Part shown: piece after piece, positions 18,943 to 28,201 of the stretch
How positions within the stretch are numbered: the stretch's first letter is position 1
How the letters are laid out: every line of letters starts with the position of its first letter
Assembly (NCBI GenBank): GCA_038890615.1
Contig: JAWAFI010000003.1
Coordinates: 20,807 to 84,806, forward strand
Length of the DNA stretch: 64,000 nt
Direction of reading: 5' to 3'
From: Candidatus Anstonellales archaeon
GTDB taxonomy: Archaea; Micrarchaeota; Micrarchaeia; Anstonellales; J096
Notes under the pieces: generated by a model
What the model was told of the DNA's origin: nothing
Databases searched by the model: none
The model's input: only the letters and a program-made list of their open reading frames with translations
Made by a program: the position numbers and the translations under genes

Positions 18943-20559
18943 ATGCGTGAAATAATAAGGAAGTACGTGATTAGGAACGCCTTGCAATACGGCAGGGCAG
19001 ACGAAAAGTCAGTGATGGGTAAGGTAATGGCAGAGGTGCCAGAGGCAAGGAGCCGTGTACAGGAAGTAATGGAGCTGATAAAAGAAGAGATAAAAGCAAT
19101 AGAAGGTATGGGGAAGGAGGAGATGGAGAAAGAGATAGAAGGAAAGGAGTTCATTAAGGCAAAGGAACCAGACCCTTTCGCAGTTGAAGGCGCAGAGCAG
19201 GGCAAGGTAATCACCAGGTTTCCTCCAGAGCCAAACGGCTACCTCCACATAGGCCATTGCAAAGCACTCGTGATAAACAGGATAGTAGCAGACAAGTACA
19301 AAGGCAGAATGATAATTAGGATAGACGACACCAATCCTGCCAAGGAAAGCAAGGAATACCTGGATGCCATTGTCGAAAATATAAAATGGCTTGGGATTAA
19401 ATGGGACTCATTTTCATTCACTACTGATTATATGAACGAAATCTACGAAGCTTGCAGAAAACTTATTCAAGATGGAAATGCCTATGTCTGCACCTGCGCT
19501 CCGGAAGAAGTAAAGAAAGGCAGGGCAGAAAAGAAAGGATGCGACCATAGAAACAAGCGAGCTTCGCAGAACTTAGAAGAATACGAGAAGCTCAAAATAA
19601 ATGAGAATGGGATTGTCAGGCTAAAGGGAGATATGGAAAGCGAGAACACCGTAATGAGAGACCCTACACTTATGAGGGTTGTTGGGGCGAGCCATTTTAG
19701 GCATGGTAGGAAATACAAGCTATGGCCGACATACGATTTAGCTTCTGCATTAGTTGACAGCATCGAAGGAGTAACCCATGCTATGAGGTCCAAGGAATAC
19801 GAACTAAGAGAAGAGCTTTATTTCACGATACTCAGAATGCTTAAGATGAGAGAGCCCAAGCTCATCCACTTCTCACGGCTTAATATGAGGGGCATGCCGG
19901 TAAGCAAGAGGCTAATAAAGCCACTTGTGGAGCAGGGGAAGGTAAGCGGATGGGATGATCCTAGGCTGCCTACATTGGCAGCTCTTAAAAGAAGAGGTAT
20001 AACTCCGGAGGCGCTTAAAAGCTTTGCATCGAGGTTTGGCCTTGGCAAGGCAGAGAACGAGGCAGATATAGAAATGCTCCTATCAGAAAATAAGAAGGTT
20101 GTTGACAAAACATCACCGAGGTTTGTTGCGATTGAAAACCCAAAAGAATTGGAGGTTGGATTAAGCAAAACCGTCCAACTCAAAAAGCATCCTACTGAGG
20201 ATATGGGTGTTAGGGAGCTTTGCGTTAATGGAAGGGTTTTAGTTGAAAAGGCAGGGGAAGAAATGGTGTTAAGGAACCTTGGAAGGTTCAGGATAAGCGG
20301 AAAAAGGGCTGAAAGGATTGGCGAAGGGGAAAAAGGGGAGCTATGGCTGCCTCCAGAGCAGGCAGTTGAGGGAGAATTATGGGAAATAGGTCTCCTTTAT
20401 GAGGGGGACAAATTCAATGAAAAAAGCCTGGTCAAAAAGAAGGCAATGATAGAAGCAGAGGTGGCTAATCAGGAAAAGGGGAAAATAATCCAGCTTGAGA
20501 GAAAGGGCTTTTACATAATAGATAGCTTAGAACCGCTTGTGCTGATAAGAAGCTGCTGA
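18943..20559 (+). CDS. gltX: Glutamate--tRNA ligase (archaeal type)
   Basis: RFPPEPNGYLHIGH, DDTNP, VSKR (KMSKS equivalent), GWDDPRLPT; start ATG 18943 after GGTG SD. Confidence 0.95.
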   Translation: MREIIRKYVIRNALQYGRADEKSVMGKVMAEVPEARSRVQEVMELIKEEIKAIEGMGKEEMEKEIEGKEFIKAKEPDPFAVEGAEQGKVITRFPPEPNGYLHIGHCKALVINRIVADKYKGRMIIRIDDTNPAKESKEYLDAIVENIKWLGIKWDSFSFTTDYMNEIYEACRKLIQDGNAYVCTCAPEEVKKGRAEKKGCDHRNKRASQNLEEYEKLKINENGIVRLKGDMESENTVMRDPTLMRVVGASHFRHGRKYKLWPTYDLASALVDSIEGVTHAMRSKEYELREELYFTILRMLKMREPKLIHFSRLNMRGMPVSKRLIKPLVEQGKVSGWDDPRLPTLAALKRRGITPEALKSFASRFGLGKAENEADIEMLLSENKKVVDKTSPRFVAIENPKELEVGLSKTVQLKKHPTEDMGVRELCVNGRVLVEKAGEEMVLRNLGRFRISGKRAERIGEGEKGELWLPPEQAVEGELWEIGLLYEGDKFNEKSLVKKKAMIEAEVANQEKGKIIQLERKGFYIIDSLEPLVLIRSC

Positions 20560-20640
20560 GCATTAGAACAAAGCAAGCGTTTAGCAACCTGGGCCAACTG
20601 AATAACAAAAGCATTTAAATAGTGCCTCTCAAATTCCAAC

Positions 20641-22920
20641 ATGTGCAACCTTATAGTAGAAGGTACAAGAGGCATAGTTGACCTGGCAAAATGCCCTTAT
20701 GAGTTCGGCTCTGCTGAATTCCTAAATTACCACCTTAAGGACCTTTCAACACTAGACATAGAGCTCACATCTATAAGGTATGAAGAAGAAATGATTGTCG
20801 AGCTTGATGCTGAAAAAACAAGAATACTTATAGAATATGCTAAGTTCATAAGGGAGATAGAGAACATACTGCTTGACAAGAAGGTTTATGGCATACAGCA
20901 AGACCCTTCTTTTGAAGCAAGAAGAGACACCCTAAGAAAATTCTATGAATACTTGTTTATGAACCCTATAATGGCTGAAAGCTTGCTCAGCAACTATAAC
21001 GAAGAATTTCCAGACAGATCGCTATTTGTCGGGGGGCACAAGAACTTCATGGCACTGAAGGCAAGGGTGATGGAAAAATTCAAGGGGACAAAGCTTTACA
21101 AGCTTGTCAAAGAAAAGGGGGATCTTAGGGAGGCATTCCTTTACTTGGTAGGGCTGAAGAGCACCGAGCTAATAGAAACAGTCATGATAGAGCTGCCAGA
21201 AGGCGCAGTGCCCCTGGAAGGAAGGGATGCAAGGTACACTCTACCTTATGGAAATGAAGTGCAGATCTACGACGTCCCTGAAAGGGACACTTATATATAT
21301 GTGGAAAGGAACAGGACTCTGGAGATGCTGCCTGAGCACCTAAAAGCCTTGATGAAAGAAAAAATAGAGATGGAGATGAGAGAAAGCTTTGAGAATGCAG
21401 ATTACGAAATACTGATGGACCTTAAGACAAAGGAATACAAGCAATGGTTCGTCGATGAGGCCATAAGGAGGGAGATAGACATAACCCCAGACCAAGCGCT
21501 TGTTATGGGAAGGGAGGTAGCAAGCTGGGTAGTTGGAGCAGGAGCTCAGATAGAAGCACTTGCGTTAGACAGGAAGTACATAACAGACATTTACCTTGAC
21601 AGCGAAAATTCCCCCATATACTTGGAACACCAGAAATTTGGCATATGCCATACCCTATCAAGGTACAACCGGGATATGGTTGAGAGGGCCTTCAAGAACA
21701 TTGTCATGACGCTAAAAGGGGTAAGAAAATTTGACGAGAATAACCCTGTGGTGGATGTTGTGGTGAAGAGGCTTTCTATGAGGTGCCACCTCCAGAGGCC
21801 GCCTGCAACTTTCGGCGAGCTGCAAGGGGCTTTCAGGATAATGAAAGAGACACCTTTCACTTATCCTCTTTACCTAAACTACAAATCGTTTACTCCTTTC
21901 TTTGCGGGCTATGATGATGTAATGGTAACGCTTGGAAGCAGCGAAGCAGTGCTTGGCCTAAAAGGAGTAGGCAAAACCGCATTCACTGCTGCAAAAATAA
22001 CTGCAATAGGGACTAGGAGGAGGATAATACCAATACAGGACATTGAGGAGATCCCTGTAAGGGCTTTCAGGAAGAGGGGATTCCACATAGGCGCTGCAAG
22101 GGTAATGAGCTCAGAGAAAGAGGAAGCAGGCGCAGGAACAAAGGAGCTTGACTTGATATCAATGGCAAATGCACTTCTTAGGATGGGTGACGCAGCCCTG
22201 ATAATCAACGAGATAAGGTCAAGGGTTGCAGTCCAAGGTGTAGTAAACCTTTTGAACACGCAGCCCGGGGTTTTCCTGCTTTATAACCTGCACGCAGAAT
22301 CTTTGAAGGACATTCAAGAGAGGCTTGAACTTGTGTTTGGCATACCTTCAGCAAGCATGTTTGCTACTGACAGGTACACCTTCCTAAAGAAAGTGAAGTT
22401 TGGAAGAAAAGGAAGGATATACAGGGTGCTTGGCTATGAGTTCGAGAGTGACATAGAGCAAAGGGCTTTCGCAAAAGTATTTGATATGGTAAGGGGCCAT
22501 GACATAGAAAGCTGCTACACCAAGCCGCTGTTCCTAAAAAACCCAGAAGCCAATAGCAAGGACGCGGACTATGACTTCAACAGGCTGGAAAAGGACTTAG
22601 ACATAGAATTCGTGCCTCCTGCGCTCAAGAGAAGGGCAGCTGACACAGGAATTTCCCCTGAGCAGTATATACTGCAAGCATTCTACAAAGGGAGGGTATA
22701 TGAGGACATAAGGAAGCTTGCAGAGCAAAACGACAACGAGCTTATATTGGAGCTTGATTTCGTGGTAAAAGCGAACAATTTAGCCAACAAAATACTAAAG
22801 GAGCTTGAAAACGAGAATGGAGAAGTGGACTACAAAACAGCAATAAAGATGTGGAACGCTAGGTTCGCTGAATTCTTTAAGAAAGAGAAGCTATTGCTTG
22901 AAAGGGAGAAGCGGGGCTAA
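20641..22920 (+). CDS. Divergent type II/IV secretion (VirB11/TadA/ArlI-like) ATPase
   Basis: Walker A GLKGVGKT, Asp box IQDIEE, LRMGD..IINEIR, His box NLHAES. Confidence 0.8.
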   Translation: MCNLIVEGTRGIVDLAKCPYEFGSAEFLNYHLKDLSTLDIELTSIRYEEEMIVELDAEKTRILIEYAKFIREIENILLDKKVYGIQQDPSFEARRDTLRKFYEYLFMNPIMAESLLSNYNEEFPDRSLFVGGHKNFMALKARVMEKFKGTKLYKLVKEKGDLREAFLYLVGLKSTELIETVMIELPEGAVPLEGRDARYTLPYGNEVQIYDVPERDTYIYVERNRTLEMLPEHLKALMKEKIEMEMRESFENADYEILMDLKTKEYKQWFVDEAIRREIDITPDQALVMGREVASWVVGAGAQIEALALDRKYITDIYLDSENSPIYLEHQKFGICHTLSRYNRDMVERAFKNIVMTLKGVRKFDENNPVVDVVVKRLSMRCHLQRPPATFGELQGAFRIMKETPFTYPLYLNYKSFTPFFAGYDDVMVTLGSSEAVLGLKGVGKTAFTAAKITAIGTRRRIIPIQDIEEIPVRAFRKRGFHIGAARVMSSEKEEAGAGTKELDLISMANALLRMGDAALIINEIRSRVAVQGVVNLLNTQPGVFLLYNLHAESLKDIQERLELVFGIPSASMFATDRYTFLKKVKFGRKGRIYRVLGYEFESDIEQRAFAKVFDMVRGHDIESCYTKPLFLKNPEANSKDADYDFNRLEKDLDIEFVPPALKRRAADTGISPEQYILQAFYKGRVYEDIRKLAEQNDNELILELDFVVKANNLANKILKELENENGEVDYKTAIKMWNARFAEFFKKEKLLLEREKRG

Positions 22921-22921
22921 C

Positions 22922-23353
22922 CTAACCGCGGGTTATTACATCTACAACAACAGTGCCATTGGAATTGCTTATGTTGAAAAGGTAATTGCCGCCGCTGGTT
23001 ATATCGCCATTGTAGGAAACCTTGGCAGCAACATACTCTATTATCTCATTGCCATCAGAAAGCTTTGCCTTCACAAGAGTAGACTCGCTGTTAGGGCCGA
23101 AGCTCTGGATAGTAAAGGTTTCCAAAGAGTCAGGAAGCGAAGTTTCAAGGTAGATATTGCTTCCCGGAGTATAGTAAACCGCCTTTATGGAAGAAACTAA
23201 TGAAGAGACGGATACACTTGCCCTCCTTATCTCTGAATCCCTGGTAGATGAGTTTAGCATAGTATAAACCAAGCTTATAGTAATCAGGAACATTAGAAGC
23301 GCAACGCCAATGGTTACCAGCAGTTCAACACTGCTTTGACCTTTACTCCTCAT
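22922..23353 (-). CDS. Class III signal-peptide (type IV pilin-like) protein
   Basis: MRSKG|QSSVELLVTIGVALL, Glu at +5 followed by a hydrophobic helix. Confidence 0.85.
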   Translation of the reverse strand: MRSKGQSSVELLVTIGVALLMFLITISLVYTMLNSSTRDSEIRRASVSVSSLVSSIKAVYYTPGSNIYLETSLPDSLETFTIQSFGPNSESTLVKAKLSDGNEIIEYVAAKVSYNGDITSGGNYLFNISNSNGTVVVDVITRG

Positions 23354-24425
23354 ATCTTTCAAACCTCTTTGTTTTCCTTCCTTTCAGCTTCCTCAGCAAG
23401 CTGTCAAGCTCAGCGCAAGCATTCCTCAGCGCTGCATCTAATTTATAGTGTTCCACTTTTAATATTAACGGTTTTGTTGAATGTGATATCACCCTGACCG
23501 CTATGGCAGACAAGGATTTTCCATGCTTTACATAAACATGCACTGCGCTTATCCTTAACGAGCTGGCAAATGGCTTTATTGTTGCATCAATCTCTTCTAT
23601 AATTTTTTTCTTCATATATTGGTTGGTTTCGTCAAGGCCGCTTACTTCCACTACCAGCGACTTAGGCTGCATCTTGGAGAGGTATTTGAAAATTGAGGTA
23701 GCAGTAAGTATGCCTATAGGCCTCCCTTTATCCGTAAGCAATACAGATGAGACCTCATTTTCAACCATGCTTTTCACAGCAGATTTCAGCGAAATGGATA
23801 CTGGAAGGTAAAAAATAGGCCTCATTATCTCGCTAACAACCTTGCTGTCGCTTACTCTTTTGCTTTCTTTTATAAGCGATTTCCCCTCGCGCCTCTGATC
23901 CTTCATTTTTACAGCCATTAGATCTATTGTAGAAATTATGCCAACAACCTTGCCCTTTTCTTCCACTGCCAGCCTATGCACCTTCTTCTCCGCCATAAAC
24001 TTGCGGGCCAGCTCAGCTGTATGCGTAGAAGGTATTGAGTATATGCCCGGCTCATAAACATAGCTTAGCTCAAGCCCATCAAGGAGGCCTTCCTCAAGGA
24101 GCATCTCGAGCACATCAGACCTAGTTATAAGGCCTTTTATATTATTGCCCTCTTTGTAAGGAAGCGCCTTGAAATGCCCGGAAAGGAATTTGGAAATAAC
24201 CTCTTTCCAACCATCTTCTTCCTCAATAACAGGGCATTTAACTGCAACGCTGTGAGCCTTTGTTTTAGAGGGGTCAATGCCAAGCCTCACGTGCCTGTCA
24301 TCAATTACGCCTATGAATTTTTTCCCATCATAAACACCAACTGAAGTTGATCCGCCGAGAATAAGATCAAAAGCCTTTGAAACTGGCTCTTCCCCCTTTA
24401 CCGTATAAAAAGGCCTCACTTTCAT
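23343..24425 (-). CDS. Four-CBS-domain protein with C-terminal HPF/RaiA-like domain (Hib-like ribosome hibernation factor candidate)
   Basis: CBS motifs GVIDDRH, GLITRSD, GIISTID, GILTATS; C-terminal ~100 aa with beta-alpha-beta-beta-beta-alpha pattern ending LDAALRNACAELDSLLRKLK. Confidence 0.75.
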   Translation of the reverse strand: MKVRPFYTVKGEEPVSKAFDLILGGSTSVGVYDGKKFIGVIDDRHVRLGIDPSKTKAHSVAVKCPVIEEEDGWKEVISKFLSGHFKALPYKEGNNIKGLITRSDVLEMLLEEGLLDGLELSYVYEPGIYSIPSTHTAELARKFMAEKKVHRLAVEEKGKVVGIISTIDLMAVKMKDQRREGKSLIKESKRVSDSKVVSEIMRPIFYLPVSISLKSAVKSMVENEVSSVLLTDKGRPIGILTATSIFKYLSKMQPKSLVVEVSGLDETNQYMKKKIIEEIDATIKPFASSLRISAVHVYVKHGKSLSAIAVRVISHSTKPLILKVEHYKLDAALRNACAELDSLLRKLKGRKTKRFERYEE

Positions 24426-24475
24426 AAACAGAGTTGCACCACAAGATTTTAATACCTTTACCTGTAAGGAATATT

Positions 24476-25117
24476 ATGCTTTATCCCCTCTATAAGCTGG
24501 TTGAGAAAGACACTTGGAAGGAAATACTTCTCCAGATGGTTGAAACCCATAAGCTTGACCCTTGGAATATAAACATAGTTGAGGTTTCTGAGCTATTTTT
24601 GAAAGAGATAGCTAAGAGCAGGAGCCTCCAATATTGCGCAAATGTGATACTTGCAGCAGCAATATTGCTTAAGATGAAGAGCGACATTCTCAAGCAAAGG
24701 GAAGAGCAGGTTGTTGAAGAGGTTCCTGAAGAAATAGGCCCTATGCCAGAGATAGCCATTAGCTCTAGGTTCCCCCCTAAAAGGCAGGTTACTCTTGAAG
24801 AGCTTATTGAAGAAGTTGAGAAAGTAATGAGCGCAACTGAAAGGCAAAGAGCCCCAGCATCAGCCCCAATGGAAGTGGTTGAGATTGAGATGGATATCTA
24901 CGATGTAGAAAAAGAGAAGGAAGAGGTGCTTAAGGTGCTTGAAGGCGGGGCTATGGAATTCTTTGAAATTGCTTATGCGCTTGGCATTAAAGAAAGGGCA
25001 GCACAGGTGATACTTTTCCTCTCACTCCTCCATCTTTTCCAGAGCGGCGAAATAACAATAGAGCAAAAGGAGCTGTTCGGCTCAATAATGGTGGATAAAT
25101 GCAGGAAGAACAGCTAA
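24476..25117 (+). CDS. scpA: Segregation and condensation protein A (kleisin)
   Basis: LDPWNINI, AAILLKMKS, VTLEEL, FLSLLHL..G.I.IEQ.ELFG. Confidence 0.9.
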   Translation: MLYPLYKLVEKDTWKEILLQMVETHKLDPWNINIVEVSELFLKEIAKSRSLQYCANVILAAAILLKMKSDILKQREEQVVEEVPEEIGPMPEIAISSRFPPKRQVTLEELIEEVEKVMSATERQRAPASAPMEVVEIEMDIYDVEKEKEEVLKVLEGGAMEFFEIAYALGIKERAAQVILFLSLLHLFQSGEITIEQKELFGSIMVDKCRKNS

Positions 25118-25560
25118 TAGAAGGTGCGCTTTTCCTAAGCGGAAAGCCGATAAAGCTTGAGAAGATTCAGAAATTTATAGGGATAGCAAGCCCTGGCTAC
25201 ATAAAAGGAGTCATCGAAAGAATAAATGCCAAGTACGCCAGCATAGGAAGCCCTTTTGAATTTAGGGTTGTAGGGGATGAGGTTTACATGATGGTTAGGG
25301 AAGATGTCCTTGCAAAAGTAAAGGAGTTTGCAAAGGAAAGGGAACTAAGCAGATCAGCTTTAAAATCCCTTGCATTCATATCTAAGAGGGATGGGGTGGA
25401 AAAATCCAAGCTCATAAGAACATTAGGAACTCATATGTATGGGGCAGTCAAGGAACTTGTGGAAAAAGGGTTTGTTAGGGAGAAAAAGGCCGGGAGATCA
25501 AGCCAGCTCTTTGTAACTGAAAAATTCAAGGATTACTTTGGGGTGCAGGAAAAGGCATGA
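25099..25560 (+). CDS. scpB: Segregation and condensation protein B
   Basis: IEGALFLSGKP, LS.SALKSLAFI, VKELVEKGFV, TEKF.DYFG; overlaps scpA. Confidence 0.9.
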   Translation: MQEEQLIEGALFLSGKPIKLEKIQKFIGIASPGYIKGVIERINAKYASIGSPFEFRVVGDEVYMMVREDVLAKVKEFAKERELSRSALKSLAFISKRDGVEKSKLIRTLGTHMYGAVKELVEKGFVREKKAGRSSQLFVTEKFKDYFGVQEKA

Positions 25561-25970
25561 AGGAAAGCTTAGACAAAGCAAAGAAAAAGGCACTTTCAGA
25601 GGTTAAGAAAGAAATAGAGGAGCTTTTCGGCATTGCATATCTGAATGTCAAAAACTGCCCTTGGGTTGCAGAAAGAAGTGTTGAGGATTACATCAAAGAG
25701 CTTGAAAGTGAGATAAAGGAACTTCGTGAAGAGGTTGAAAAAGGCAGCAATGAAGGCATTGAGGAGGAAGTAGGTGATGTTTTTTGGGATGCCTTGATGC
25801 TCCTTTATATAGCGCATAAAAACAGAAAGGCAAACAAAAAGAAAGCCCTTAGAATAGTCGCAGAAAAGATAAAGAGAAGGAAACCTTGGCTTATTGAAGG
25901 CAGAAAAGTTGGCAAGCAAGAAGCGATGGATATTTGGAATGCAGCAAAGAAAATGGAGAAAAAGCGCTAA
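25557..25970 (+). CDS. MazG-family nucleotide pyrophosphohydrolase
   Basis: CPW, EEEVGD, KIKRRKPW, W..AK. Confidence 0.88.
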   Translation: MKESLDKAKKKALSEVKKEIEELFGIAYLNVKNCPWVAERSVEDYIKELESEIKELREEVEKGSNEGIEEEVGDVFWDALMLLYIAHKNRKANKKKALRIVAEKIKRRKPWLIEGRKVGKQEAMDIWNAAKKMEKKR

Positions 25971-26356
25971 AGCAACCTTTCCTTAAGGCAGTCTGCAACA
26001 AAGCACATCCCATGGAAAACTTGCACACCCTTTTGCCTGCATAGCTCTATCGCTCTTTCATTTTCAGAGCCTGGCTGGAACCATATTGCCTTTGCCCCTG
26101 CAAGGCAGGCTTCCTCTGCAACTTTCCGGGCGACTGAAGGAGGGGTTACAACAATAACCAAGCCCGGAGCTTCTGGAAGCGAAGAAATTGAGGGGTAAGC
26201 CTTTGCACCATCTATTTCCCCGGCATTTGGATTTACGGGATAAACCCTGAAACCATATAAAACCAAGCTGTGGAATACCCGATAGCCATACTTTGACTTG
26301 TCTCGCGAGGCACCTACGACTGCTATAGGGGTTGATTTGGAAAAAAGCTCCATCAC
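25967..26356 (-). CDS. CoA-binding protein (YccU-like)
   Basis: IAVVGAS, VYPVNP, IWFQPG, GMC. Confidence 0.9.
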   Translation of the reverse strand: MMELFSKSTPIAVVGASRDKSKYGYRVFHSLVLYGFRVYPVNPNAGEIDGAKAYPSISSLPEAPGLVIVVTPPSVARKVAEEACLAGAKAIWFQPGSENERAIELCRQKGVQVFHGMCFVADCLKERLL

Positions 26357-27042
26357 TCTTGCCCTTCTTCCCCTGCCTCCTCAAATGACAAGAGAGTGTG
26401 CTTGAAATCAGAAAAATCTTTTACTAACCCTTTGCTAACCATATAAGAGCGGGCTAGCAGGAAATAAACCATAGCTATAGCTTTTTTCCCTTTGTTGTTT
26501 GTAGGTATGGCAAAATCAACATAATCAAGGGAGTTGTCAGTGTCGCAAAGCGCCACAACAGGTATGTTCATAACCGCTGCTTCCTTTACAGCCACGCTTT
26601 CGGCCCTTGGATCTGAAACAAGGAGTATGGACGGCTCTTTGAAGAACGGAAGCTTCTTGTTTGTAAGAGTGCCTGGTATGAACCTTCCCCTAATGGTGTT
26701 CATGCCAGTAACCTGCCCAAGCTTCACTGAAACTAGCGAGGAGTAAGTCCTTGAAGCAGTTACTAGCACCTCTTCTGGCCTGTAATGGGCCAGCAACGAG
26801 GCTGCCTGCCTTATCCTTTTGTCGGTCTGGTTTATGTCAAGTATGAATATCCCATCCTCCCTCTTTTTGTAAACAAAGGGCTTCATGTGGTGGTGGAGTA
26901 TCCTCGTACCTATATGCACTCCTGCCCTAAGGTAATTTTCTGCAGGGATAAGAAGCCCTTCTTTGCTTTCCATCTCCTTTTCTATTGTCCTCTCAATCTC
27001 TCCTTCCTCAACTTTGTCTTTTGGTTCTTTTTTTTCTGCCAT
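26353..27042 (-). CDS. rps2: 30S ribosomal protein S2
   Basis: YLRAGVHIGT, GRFIPGTLTN, ALCDTDN, IPTNNKG; start ATG 27042. Confidence 0.96.
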   Translation of the reverse strand: MAEKKEPKDKVEEGEIERTIEKEMESKEGLLIPAENYLRAGVHIGTRILHHHMKPFVYKKREDGIFILDINQTDKRIRQAASLLAHYRPEEVLVTASRTYSSLVSVKLGQVTGMNTIRGRFIPGTLTNKKLPFFKEPSILLVSDPRAESVAVKEAAVMNIPVVALCDTDNSLDYVDFAIPTNNKGKKAIAMVYFLLARSYMVSKGLVKDFSDFKHTLLSFEEAGEEGQE

Positions 27043-27060
27043 CTTAGCACCTGTGAATAT

Positions 27061-27144
27061 TGGGGCCGCCGAGATTTCCAAACATTTGAACTCGGATAAC
27101 AGGCACCCCAAGCCTGCAGGATGACCAGGTTACCTCACGGCCCC
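27061..27144 (-). tRNA. tRNA-Pro(GGG) with a 10-nt intron in the T-loop (27075-27084, position 59/60)
   Basis: GGGGCCG/CGGCCCC acceptor stem, CAGGC-TTGGGGT-GCCTG anticodon arm; T-stem CCGAG/CTCGG encloses 17 nt instead of 7. Confidence 0.9.
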
Positions 27145-27152
27145 TTTTGAGC

Positions 27153-27347
27153 TCAATCTTGGTGGAATTCAATTATCTCACCCATAATATCTACATATGA
27201 AACAAACATTCGCCTGCAGCAGTATCTTTCGACCTTCAGTTCATCTAGAGCTGCCTTCTCTCCCTTTTCCTCCTTCAACTTAACATAGTTATCATATAAG
27301 TGGCCAATCACAGAACCACAACTAAAACACCTGACCGGAAACTCCAT
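27153..27347 (-). CDS. rpoN: DNA-directed RNA polymerase subunit N (Rpo10)
   Basis: PVRCFSCG, RYCCRRM. Confidence 0.96.
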   Translation of the reverse strand: MEFPVRCFSCGSVIGHLYDNYVKLKEEKGEKAALDELKVERYCCRRMFVSYVDIMGEIIEFHQD

Positions 27348-27351
27348 TTAC

Positions 27352-27783
27352 TCACCTGTAGGACTTCTGGTATTTTGCCCTTGCCTTCCTTCTCCTGTAC
27401 TTCTTTGACTCCACCTGCCTTACATCATTTACAATGTAGCTTTTTTCAAGGCCAAAGAAATGGCTTTCCAAAGAAGGGTCGTTGAAATACTTAACTAATG
27501 CTCTCGCTACTGCCCCCCTTATTGCATCAACTTGGCCCATTATCCCGCCTCCAGAAACATTAACCAAAATATCCAGCTTTGAGACATCCTTGCCTGAAAG
27601 GTCAAGCGGCTCGGTTAGCATGTCCCTAATGTATTTGTTGCTTATTGAGTTTATTCCTCTTCCATTTATCCTATACTGCCCTGTGCCCTCCCTTATGATT
27701 ACCCTTGCCCTGGCTTTCTTCCTTTTTGCGCCACCAAAAGCAAATGAAGTGCTTTTGCTTTTCTTTTTTCCGGCTTTAGGCAT
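27352..27783 (-). CDS. rps9: 30S ribosomal protein S9
   Basis: KRKKARAR, VSGGGIMGQ, ARAKYQKSYR. Confidence 0.96.
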   Translation of the reverse strand: MPKAGKKKSKSTSFAFGGAKRKKARARVIIREGTGQYRINGRGINSISNKYIRDMLTEPLDLSGKDVSKLDILVNVSGGGIMGQVDAIRGAVARALVKYFNDPSLESHFFGLEKSYIVNDVRQVESKKYRRRKARAKYQKSYR

Positions 27784-28201
27784 TGTTCCACCCTAGCTTT
27801 TTGCACAACTCGTAAACAGTTATATACTTTACATCCTCGTTTTTAACCTTAGCTGCTTCTATAGATAGCATTTCCTTGCCTTTGAACTCTTCAGGAACTC
27901 CTTCATAAACCATAAGCTTTTTAAGGGCATTTCTTCCCTTCATCTTCTTCCTTGGCACCATGCCGCTTATTGACTTCTTTACAAAGAGATGGGGTATTTT
28001 TGGGTATTTTGGCGATTTTTCAGGGTCAGCTTTGTATTGGAGTGACCTTTTTTGCTTATATCTTTTTTCAGCGAATTCTGGGTTGGATATGAGCATCTTT
28101 TCGCAATTCACCACAGCCACTTCCTCCCCTTTTATTATCTCTTTGGCAATCTGGGTTGCCGCCCTTCCTAATATAAGCCCTTCGCAATCGTATATCTTCA
28201 T
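27776..28201 (-). CDS. rpl13: 50S ribosomal protein L13
   Basis: ILGRAAT.IAK, VVNCEK, GMVP, VYEGVP. Confidence 0.95.
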   Translation of the reverse strand: MKIYDCEGLILGRAATQIAKEIIKGEEVAVVNCEKMLISNPEFAEKRYKQKRSLQYKADPEKSPKYPKIPHLFVKKSISGMVPRKKMKGRNALKKLMVYEGVPEEFKGKEMLSIEAAKVKNEDVKYITVYELCKKLGWNNA

